A stretch of DNA of 64,000 bases from Macrostomum lignano (Eukaryota), in assembly GCA_002269645.1 (NCBI GenBank), contig NIVC01000011.1:248001-312000 (forward strand), written 5' to 3'. How positions within the stretch are numbered: the stretch's first letter is position 1; every line of letters begins with the position of its first letter. A program made the translations under genes and the position numbers. Under the pieces are notes generated by a model, which was given only the letters and a program-made list of their open reading frames with translations, did no database searches and was not told the DNA's origin. Below, piece by piece: positions 51,249-64,000 of the stretch.

Positions 51249-52625
51249 CTTGTGTTTGCTAACAAGTACGCAGGTATTTGATAAAACATTTTAATTGATT
51301 CCTGTACTTGTCTCATTCACACAAGCCTTTTGCCACTGTCATAAACCTCTGGACCAGTCCGAACTACGCGAAGATCTCATTTTTTCCTAATGAGTTTCTA
51401 CCGTAATCTTTAGTAGGTTGATCAAACCTCATTCAAAGATCAGATGTAGCTTTCTGCCGATAGTCAGTCAGGGCGGCTGTACATCCGCGCGCTTGTTTGA
51501 GCTCAGGAGACAGAGGAATGGGAAGAATTGACGTAGCACTGGTTATGGGATCGGGACGGTTTCGGCAGATGCAACCCTTCCACTTGAATTGTGAGGGATG
51601 TCTGTCCCGTGGAGCGAATTTTCAAACCCAGCAGGGTTCTTTATCTTCTTCAACTTTTCAGTACACTGCATATGTATTGAATCTCAGTGCGCGCTTGCAA
51701 GATTTGGGCCGGGGAGACTCTCTTTTCCCTCATCATTCTCTGCTGCACTTCTACGGACAACAAGCTTGCCTACAAGGAACTACTTCCTACTGCCATTGTT
51801 CTCACTAGACTCCAGTGCATAAGCTGACAGCACTATTGTTTACTAAAGCCACTTCACTGGCAGCTTCGGCTAAAGCATTAATAAATCATTGAGCTCACAC
51901 GGAAACCAGCCTGTTTGAGAAAACTCTTGTTTAAAGTCTAAGGATCTAAAGGCAATTAAAAACTTCGCCATTGTTGTCCGTCGCCGGGAATTTTCTTGCC
52001 TTCTTGCCAACTGCATAGACTTTTTACTAAAAGGAGTTTTAGTACATTGTAAAGGAATAATTGAAGGCCGTTAACTAAAGCCGAAAAGCATCCTGGACGT
52101 GTGGGCGTTGCAAGAACAGAGAAAGGAAAGTTGAGAACTGACGTTCTTAAAGCTTAGGATCGTTTACTGATGTATGCTGAAACTTTTGCTGAGTGAACCA
52201 ATGATTCTGCAGATAAAATAAAACGAATATAGTTTAGAATGCATGGAAGACACTTGTAAACGTTTGAATGCAGCGCAAGTATTTTAATGACTGACAGTCT
52301 ATTAAAGGTATAATTTCCTCCACATCGATGCGACCCTGGTTATCACGGTCTGTCATTTTAAGTAATTCTTAAGAAAAAGCAAAAAGCGGCGCTCGGGTCT
52401 CAATGATAGATGAATGATAGAAAATCACCTTTGTATATTGCTCGAAGAAAAAAGCAAAAAAGAAGAAAACGAGTATACTTTTGAATAGTTTTTCCGTGTA
52501 TATAGCTTAGGATTCGAAGGTTGTATTACAGATAACAAGTTTGCGTTTTTAGTTTTTATCGTTTCTCAGGATTAAAGTAATATTTCTTCGATATGATATC
52601 GGCATCAACTGACATCACGCAATTC

Positions 52626-53363
52626 TCAATACACGCTGAACTTGACCCAGTCGGCGCTCGTCTCGATCTCCGCCTCCACCTGAGCGTCGGTGAACAGCAG
52701 CAGGCGGCAGGCTCTCAGCTTGCTGTTGTACAGCACGTGTCTGCAGTTGCCAGAATTGAAAGCTGACATGACACAAGCCAGCTCGGAATGAACATTGGTC
52801 AGGTCAGAGTAGCAGTACTCAGTGCTGGCATGGTAGCTGGTCCGCTTGAACGGAGTCAGTTCAAAATTCAGATGCGTCTGAGAAGTCCTCGGCTTCCACT
52901 CGCAAGCAAATCCGAGTGAGCGAGGACAAAAGTAGTTTCCGATTTTTCCATGCGACAAATGTATTACGCAGTTTTCGCCGGTGCCTCCGTTTGGCTCAGT
53001 TGAAGCACCCCACAGTGAGTTATCTAGCGGCATGACGCCGTTGTCTTTGACCATCAGCCAGCCCGATCGGCTCGAAGACCTCTCATCAGCCAAGTCGGTC
53101 ACTCCAAACCAGATGTGGCAGCTGCTGCAGGCGAAACTCGGCATGCTGCTGAGCAGCTGCAGAGAGCTGTACGAGTTGAGCAGCTCGCCTCCGATCATGG
53201 CGCACTGCCGGTTGGCCTCGCACCAGCTGACTCTGTTCACCTTGTTCACGAATATGCATTTTCCCGCCTCAAGGCTGAACGGCGCGGGGCACAGCTGGGC
53301 CAGGGCTGGCAGCAACTGGTGGCTGATAATTCCTTGAAGAAGGAGCACGAAATTAAATTTCAT
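52626..53363 (-). CDS. Secreted C-type lectin + PAN/apple-like domain protein, copy E (245 aa)
   Basis: Single exon with ATG at 53363; signal peptide MKFNFVLLLQGIISHQLLPALA; loop reads EPNGGTGENC. Confidence 0.88.
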   Translation of the reverse strand: MKFNFVLLLQGIISHQLLPALAQLCPAPFSLEAGKCIFVNKVNRVSWCEANRQCAMIGGELLNSYSSLQLLSSMPSFACSSCHIWFGVTDLADERSSSRSGWLMVKDNGVMPLDNSLWGASTEPNGGTGENCVIHLSHGKIGNYFCPRSLGFACEWKPRTSQTHLNFELTPFKRTSYHASTEYCYSDLTNVHSELACVMSAFNSGNCRHVLYNSKLRACRLLLFTDAQVEAEIETSADWVKFSVY

Positions 53364-54545
53364 GATTTTAACAGAATTATTGTTTGTTTTTGTGAGTATT
53401 ACTCTCAGACTCAAGGTTAATAGTATCTTAGATTTAATTTCGAACAATGCCGAAATTTCTGATCATGTTTCCTCCGCAAAAAATCCTATATATGTTTCAG
53501 CAACCAGTAGTTCTCTGTGAGCTGTGTCGTGCTCTCATTGGTCAAAAGGCAAGTATGAAGGATTGAGCTGCATCTACAAACGGATGGCTCAGACTTTTGG
53601 TAACCTTTTGGGCTGAAATTTTTACGAGTTACCGCTTAGTTGCTATCCCAATGAGTTATAGAGATTTTCTAAATCGGATTTCAGCTAATAGGCTTCTCAA
53701 CTACGAAATAACGACCGACTCACCGCCCACCAGTTCTGGTAATCAATCTATGGCGTAATATGAGACCTTGAAGAAAACCATTCTCTCTTTTCATTGAATG
53801 AAAAAATTAAAGGAATCAGTTATTAGTGTCATGTTGAAGATTAATAATATGAATTTGTTTTAAACTGTGGAAAACTTCAATCCATCAGATAGACGGGTAG
53901 TCTGCTATCTGTTTCTGAATCGGTTCGACGCTTCCAATTCACTGATTTCAGAGGGCAAGCGTAATAACTTATTGACTTTTGCAGCGTTAGCAGTTTGATA
54001 TTTTTTCGTTGCTAGCTAGCTGGGTTGTAAAATCCAGTTTATTTTGGTTCTGTTGTCAACTTGCAGCACGGAATCATTGTAGTTTATCCTTATGTACGGT
54101 TAGCTACTGTAACACCATTAAGATTGTTCGAAATGAAGTTCGGTGGGGTCTCAGTTCAAGATCTGGAATCGAAAAGGTTGCATTTCTATCAAAACTGTTT
54201 GACTATCGGATAGACATTAAATGTGCGTGTGATTAGCTAATTAAATTGTTTGTGGGTTACCTGGTTATTTAAACACCAGAGGTACCAATCCTCTCATACC
54301 GACCGATACAGTCAAAATTCGATCATCATACTCGAGTGGGAGATTTTGTAAGAACAAGTCAGTAGCTGTCTCAATCTAGTCCAAACTTAAATTCGAAAGT
54401 ATAGAGTTCAACCAAACATTGCTTTTTCTATTTTAGTTTCGACACTTCGGGGTAAGTTCGGGTTTCGGGTTCGAAATCCCTGGAAGATCTTCGAGATCGG
54501 GGTTTAATTAAATATCGTTATTAATCCCCAATAAACAGTCAAAAG

Positions 54546-55858
54546 CAGAGGCGTCGCCACCGGGGGGACAGGGGGACATGTCCATCAATGTTATGTCTTG
54601 CCACCCTACCTTGTGTCCCGTAGTGTAAATCAAAAATTTTAATTCCGGGCGCCAAAATCCAATTGGATTCCTATGGCCGCCCACATAGGTAACCCCCAGA
54701 TTTTATAAGCCAAATTTTATACATAAAACTGTCATGGTGAATAAGTGAGCAAGTGCACTGATTCAGAGATTCGGGGTCAGAAGAATGCGCTCCTGTTCTT
54801 TGAGGTCTTCCTCTTCCTGGCCCTAGGTTCGAGGTCTGCGGTGCCAAAATGAGTGCCTGCAGCGCCAAAATGAGTGCCTGCGGCGCCAAAATGAGTGCTT
54901 GTTGTGCCAAAATGAGCGCCTGTTGTGCCAAAATGAGTGCCTGCGGCGCCAAAATGAGTGCCTGCAGCGCCAAAATGAGTGCCTGCGGCGCCAAAATGAG
55001 TGCCTGCAGCGCCAAAATGAGTGCCTGCAGCGCCAAAATGAGTGCCTGCGGCGCCAAAATGAGTGCCTGCGGCGCCAAAATGAGTGCCTGCGGCGCCAAA
55101 ATGAGTGCCTGCGGCGCCAAAATTAGTACCTGCGGCGTCAAAATGAGTGCCTGCGGCGCCAAAATGAGTGCCTGCGGCGCCAAAATGAGTGCCTGCGGCG
55201 CCAAAATTAGTACCTGCGGCGTCAAAATGAGTGAATGCGGCGCTAACATGAGTGCCTGCAGCGCCAAAATGAGTGCCTGTAGTGCCAAAATAAGTGCCTG
55301 TTGTGCCAAAATAAGTGCCTGTTGTGCCAAAATGAGTGCCTGTTGTGCCAAAATGAGTGCTTGTTGTGCCAAAATGAGCGCCTGTTGTGCCAAAATGAGT
55401 GCCTGTTGTGCCAAAATGAGTGCTTGTTGTGCCAAAATGAGCGCCTGTTGTGCCAAAATGAGTGCCTGCGGCGCCAAAATGAGTGCCTGCGGCGCCAAAA
55501 TGAGTGCCTGCGGCGCCAAAATTAGTACCTGCGGCGTCAAAATGAGTGAATGCGGCGCTAACATGAGTGCCTGCAGCGCCAAAATGAGTGCCTGTAGTGC
55601 CAAAATGAGTGCCTGTAGTGCCAAAATAAGTGCCTGTTGTGCCAAAATAAGTGCCTGTTGTGCCAAAATGAGTGCCTGTTGTGCCAAAATGAGTGCTTGT
55701 TGTGCCAAAATGAGCGCCTGTTGTGCCAAATTGAGTGCCTGCGGCGCCAGAATGAGTGGTAACAACACTGATTCCCAATGTACATGTAGGAATTCAGTAA
55801 TGTACATGTGGAATCCTTGGCTTCGTCCCCCACAATAAAACACATGGCAACGCCCCTG
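54546..55858. mobile_element. Non-autonomous hAT-superfamily element, 1313 bp
   Basis: 14-bp TIRs CAGAGGCGTCGCCA / TGGCAACGCCCCTG (2 mismatches) and a perfect 8-bp TSD GTCAAAAG (54538-54545, 55859-55866). Confidence 0.9.
54843..55752. repeat. 21-bp minisatellite (GCCAAAATGAGTGCCTGCGGC) inside the hAT element
   Basis: Period 21, about 43 units. The long ORFs over it are artefacts. Confidence 0.95.
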
Positions 55859-56387
55859 GTCAAAAGCACAGCGCTTGGTGACTGCAGCTTGGCTGCAGCA
55901 GCCATGCCAGTCATAGCTTAGAACACCAAGTTTGGAGGGAAACTCAAAAGAAACCAAAGCTGAAGTTCAGAAAATTACTTTGCATCAAACACGAAATATC
56001 ATGTCGACAAATTTTATTGAACATTCAGTTGGTTTTATTAACAACGAGCTCATTTTCAGCTTTCTAAAACTTATAAATAGATTTAGAAATTTAAGTCTAA
56101 CTCTAAATGAGGAATAACCAGCGTTGTACCAAAAATCGACCTAGGGAAAATCAGTAGGACCCTAAGGATTTTAATTATTGCCCAGTCAAAGTGGTTCATG
56201 GAAAGGAATTGTACATTTCGATAATATTAATTCACAGCTTTTACTTTTTCGTTTCTATTCTGCCATTACTGCGTTAATTATAAATTTAACAAAATAGGCT
56301 GCTTCTTTAGAAAAAACGCGAAAGTTTGCTAGATCTCAGCACACTACTTATTGGTTAAGTGAGTTCACACCATCTTCTAAAAATTGC

Positions 56388-57131
56388 TCAAAACACGCTG
56401 AACTTGACCCAGTCGGCGCTCGTCTCGATCTCCGCCTCCACCTGAGCGTCGGTGAACAGCAGCAGGCGGCAGGCTCTCAGCTTGCTGTTGTACAGCACGT
56501 GTCTGCAGCTGCCAGAGTTGAAAGCTGACATGACACAAGCCAGCTCGGAGTGAACATTGGTCAGGTCAGAGTAGCAGTACTCAGTGCTGGCATGGTAGCT
56601 GGTCCGCTTGAACGGAGTTAGCGTCCACTTCATTGGCGACGAGACAGCACTTGAATTGAACTCGCAGACGAAGCCACGGGGAATTGAGCACGGGTTGTTT
56701 CCCAGCTTGCCTGCGCCACTCCCAGCAGTCTGAAGCATGCAGTTCTCTAAAACTCCCCTATTCGGCTCAGTAGATGCCACCCAGATGGAGTCATTCAGCG
56801 GAACAATGTCATTGCTGGTGATTATCTGCCAGCCTGATCTGCTCGAGCCTCTCTCATCGGCCAAGTCGGTCACTCCAAGCCACAGGCGGCAGTCGCAGTT
56901 CATGCTCGGCATGCTTCCAAGCAGGTACAGAGAGCTGTACGAGTTGAGCAGCTCGCCTCCGATCATGGCGCACTGCCGGTTGGCCTCGCACCAGCTGAAG
57001 CTCTGAGCGGTGTTAACGAACACGCACTTGCCGGCCTCGATGTTGAACGGGGCTGGGCACTGGGCCCACACCGACAGCAGCTGGGCGCTCAAGGTGCTAA
57101 TAAACAAAATTAATCTCAGTTCAGATCCCAT
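56388..57131 (-). CDS. Secreted C-type lectin + PAN/apple-like domain protein, copy F (247 aa)
   Basis: ATG at 57131; signal peptide MGSELRLILFISTLSAQLLSVWA; most divergent CTLD (EPNRGVLENC, GSGAG insertion). The PAN part is nearly identical to copy E. Confidence 0.88.
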   Translation of the reverse strand: MGSELRLILFISTLSAQLLSVWAQCPAPFNIEAGKCVFVNTAQSFSWCEANRQCAMIGGELLNSYSSLYLLGSMPSMNCDCRLWLGVTDLADERGSSRSGWQIITSNDIVPLNDSIWVASTEPNRGVLENCMLQTAGSGAGKLGNNPCSIPRGFVCEFNSSAVSSPMKWTLTPFKRTSYHASTEYCYSDLTNVHSELACVMSAFNSGSCRHVLYNSKLRACRLLLFTDAQVEAEIETSADWVKFSVF

Positions 57132-57814
57132 CGGCTTGGTTTGGCTTTAGTTGACGCTTCTCGGAGGCACGAAGTTCTATCAAGTTAGCAGAATCTCATG
57201 CAGGCAGAAAACTTGCTTTTTAAAAAAAGACTTGGGAAACTGTTAGCGCATTGTGAGAGCTAAGACTCTGTCACTGTTACCCAATTAAATTGTTACAAAC
57301 TTCCTCGCTAGACAGACAAGCGGACCCAGGAACAGGTTGCCATTGTTTGTAGCTCTAATTAGCAATGCTTGTTGGCTGCGAAAAAAAGCTTTTGCTCATT
57401 ATTTCCGTCTAGCTTTCCTCTGTCTTGAAGAGCAAACACTTTAGCAAAAATGGCCCAGCTGTTTTCGACTGACTGTTTCAGAAGGAGGGCTACCTGAAAT
57501 AAGCGCGCATTTTAAATCTACCAAACCAATGAAATCGATAGTTCATGCCTGTTTGTCAAACATTTATTTTAATTTTTTTATTCTGAAAACTTAACCTTTT
57601 CTTGTATCCAAGGCAATAATTTTAATTATTATGCCCCAGTGCTTACCTAGAAAATATTTATTTAATTTTTACAGCACTGCACGTAAAACTACGCAGCTAG
57701 TTATAGTAGTTTACTATAAGTAGTATCGCCGGAATTCGTTTTAGTGTTCAACAAGGGAAAGTCATACAGTAATCATTTCGATTGTTCAGTCGCATGAAAG
57801 AGCGTCAATTCCTC

Positions 57815-61159
<3,345 letters not shown>

Positions 61160-61437
61160 TTTAGGATTGTATTCAATAGCTGGCTTGAACAAATGGCTTA
61201 CCGTGGGCCTACCAGCGACCAGCCTTATGTTTCAGTTGATATTATACCACTTATCTCTGCAATCTGAAACCGTGTCTCTTACAGTGTCAGCTTACTATTG
61301 GCTTGGATTTACAAAAGCTTTTTAGCGGTCTACTACTGACAGTATTCGAAATAGAATTTTTAATTATAATTTTCAAATACAAAAATAGCAATAAAATAAG
61401 TTGTGTAGTTGTGTGTAATTCGCGAGCTAGCCTAATC

Positions 61438-61439
<2 letters not shown>

Positions 61440-61507
<68 letters not shown>
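61440..61507. repeat. (GA)n microsatellite ~280 bp upstream of the DSL-gene ATG
   Basis: Direct reading. Confidence 0.98.
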
Positions 61508-61509
<2 letters not shown>

Positions 61510-63811
61510 TCATGCAGTCAGGCGTCAACGGTGGTTTCGAACTAGCTTTTTCCTACTTAAGGGTGAACACACTATGGCTACTATTTACTATTCAGAAAAT
61601 GTCACCTTTGAATCGCTTGTATAGAACGTCCCGAAGGAAGCACTTTATGCCCTGTTCAGAATATTTTTGCTTTACACGCGATAACATCCAAGTGCCTTAT
61701 ACTAGCAAGTTGTAAGTTTTTTGTTGTAAGCTAAATGTTCGACTATACTCTATTTATCCTGATGCAAGTAGCCAATTTCGCGATGCGTGTAGCTAGCTAC
61801 CCTCACAGTCATACGCACGACATATATATAATCATAGAGCCTTTGCCGCTTCTTAAAATTTGTTGGTCTGATTAAAGGGGAACTGATTAAAGGTTGCAAA
61901 ATACGTCATTACTTCGAGAATCTTCTTTTATAAGTTTCCCCACATTGGCGCTAAGTATCGTTTCATTCGTACGAGCTATCTCGCTACTCGTCAGTAGGCT
62001 AACAAGCGTACAGATTCAAATATTCAAAAATGGAATTTAGGGGCATAGAGAGGAACATTTGACTATAAAAAATCAGTCCTAAGCGAGTTGTTCACCCGGC
62101 AAAATGCATTAGGAAAATAAAAAAAAACTGTCCCATCGTCTCATTGACCCAGCAGTGCATGCTTTTAGTGTGAGCCGCTGTCAATGGGGGATATCTATCC
62201 CATGCTTTGGTCAAGATTACTCCGTCCTCTAATCTCGATCAGTGTTCTCAAAGCTTCGTCCAAAATATGTTTTCCCACCAGGTGCATACATAAAAGCGAC
62301 CTCATATTTTCATTTGTAAAAAAATCTGCTGAACAAACTTAACGTACTAATGACATATTGCAGTAACTCTACAAAGGAACATTGTGAATCACGTAGTGCC
62401 CAACTAACTGAGACATCTCTTTACAAATACGCTTAAGTGCAGTTGTTTGAGCGGAGAGCTCTGCTTTGTCAAAAAAACCCCAAGGTCTCCCCTGCCATCA
62501 GCATTCCTCTGATTATTTTCGTGGCTGTAGGTCTCAAGCTGGCTCCGTGAAACACGCAGTTTACTCAGTTGGTGCAGGCTGCTGATTTTTTTGCGCTCAC
62601 AGTGCGGTCAAGTGGTCGACACGATAGCGTGACAGAGTTGTGACAGGCGTCACTCAATCACTTTATTTAACCTGTTGAGTCCATTTAGAATTGGGGCTTG
62701 CACTGCATTAAACTGAAGTATGTGTCATGCGCAACTTTGCCCGTGTAATGTCTTCTATAAGATCCTTTCTATATTGTGGCACAATGGCTCTTCTCGCCTT
62801 TTAATCAAACAAACTGAGAATAGAAGAGTTTTACTTTTTTTAAACGACGCGGATTCTACAAATGTACTTTCCCTTGAAAGTGTCATTCAGTTGTGCTTCG
62901 CTTTATTTCCACCAATATATAAGAGCGGCTGTGCCATATGTGGCATATTGCAAATATAAAAATTGTATTCATCTGTATGTTACAATTATACACAGGCTAT
63001 ACAACATATCTAACAGTAAATTTAAATTGTCAAGTGCAATTGTCAGAGTCACGTATTCTTCTAAAAGAAACAATAGTGAGTTAGCAAGTACCCGTATATT
63101 AATAATATTGCATTCAGAGTTTCTGTAGGCTATAGCATTTAACGCACTAATCAATCAATTATGACTAAAATTCGTTGATAAAGGTAAACTTTCCGTTATT
63201 CGATCCAGTGTTCGCGCACTGACTAGAGATAGCAATTAATTTATATTAATTATTAACAAAACATAATTAAAAAAATATTTCATTTTCCTGCAACAGTGCA
63301 TTGAATTTCGCTCTAACAGCAGCATTGACAACAAGAAAGCATCTAAACAATTATTACTATAAAATCAAGCCGAAGATCGCGCTCAACAACAAATTCTATA
63401 TACACAGATCAGAGATTGAATGTCTGTTGTTTTTTATACATAACTTTATAAACATTATTCAATAACCATATAATTGAAAAATTGGGTCAATTAGGGGACA
63501 AACAGTGTTGGAAAGAAACGGCAATGATATTTTATTTTCCTAATCAATGTAACCTGTACTATCCAGTATGATTCGCGTATAAATATGGACATGCAGTAAT
63601 ACGACTTTAAGCGTTACTTGTACATGTACAGGGCGCAGAAAGAATCATCGACTCGCATTTACTCGATAGAACTCGAATGCTAACAAACTGGCCTGTTTAT
63701 GAACATCTGAGCACAAGATTTTATAGTGTACAATCTTCGACAAGCAACAGACAAGACTACGGCAAATGCATCGTCGAAGCTGTACTGTGTTTTAAAATTG
63801 CAGTTCTTTGC

Positions 63812-64000
63812 TTAGATCATTGTCCCACCAACGGCGGATGCTGCGGGCTTTGGTTTGAACACCGCATGCTGTTGCTGCTGCTGTTGTTGTTGTTTTTGCT
63901 GTCGCAGATCCTCCATGGAGCCGCCGCGTCCAGAATCGTCAACGCTGGCATCTTCCTCGGAGTGTCGGCGCTCGTGCAGGCAGAGGGTGGCACCGCCGCC
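63812..64000 (-). CDS. 3' end of an unidentified gene running off the window (poly-Q, ends ...AVGGTMI*)
   Basis: 63 open codons from the window edge to TAA (63812-63814): GGGATLCLHERRHSEEDASVDDSGRGGSMEDLRQQKQQQQQQQQHAVFKPKPAASAVGGTMI*. GC-rich coding-like composition, followed by an AT-rich 3' region. Confidence 0.6.
   Translation of the reverse strand, partial: GGGATLCLHERRHSEEDASVDDSGRGGSMEDLRQQKQQQQQQQQHAVFKPKPAASAVGGTMI

Noticed and set aside
54671-55957. Long ORFs over repeats (also 13375-14220, 25854-26377, 37669-38501, 49464-50226, 60182-60847, 532-871)
   Set aside because: They are open in several frames and on both strands only because the repeat units lack stops; they have no domain content, and one lies inside a TSD-bounded transposon.

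Overview
Eukaryotic (invertebrate animal) genomic DNA with GT-AG introns and no prokaryotic features. The dense private minisatellites and gene content resemble a free-living flatworm such as Macrostomum, but that is an unverified inference. All host genes are on the minus strand. They are: a 6-exon TUBGCP6 (1008-13284, ~1690 aa); a 4-exon SERINC (15380-20727, 472 aa); a tandem array of intronless signal peptide + C-type lectin + PAN/apple-like genes (four intact, one frameshifted pseudogene, one 5'-truncated copy, one relic; 29.6-57.1 kb); an 8-exon, 358-aa Delta/Serrate-like membrane protein that the ORF track misses (C2/MNNL + 6-Cys DSL + TM, no EGF repeats; 57815-61159); and the 3' end of another gene at the window edge. 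Mobile DNA includes a stack of Crypton-like tyrosine-recombinase elements delimited by a repeated CCATAGAC 8-mer in TUBGCP6 intron 3, a full-length Tc1/mariner element with an intact DD39D-spaced transposase, a foldback-like inverted repeat abutting a P-element transposase fragment, a hAT non-autonomous element carrying a minisatellite, other MITEs, four tRNA-derived CORE-SINEs and two LINE fragments. The best leads are the CCATAGAC/Crypton stack, the EGF-less DSL protein, and the constant-variable-constant, patchwork lectin array. Exon models were derived by hand from splice sites, reading-frame phase and recalled family motifs; no database searches were run.
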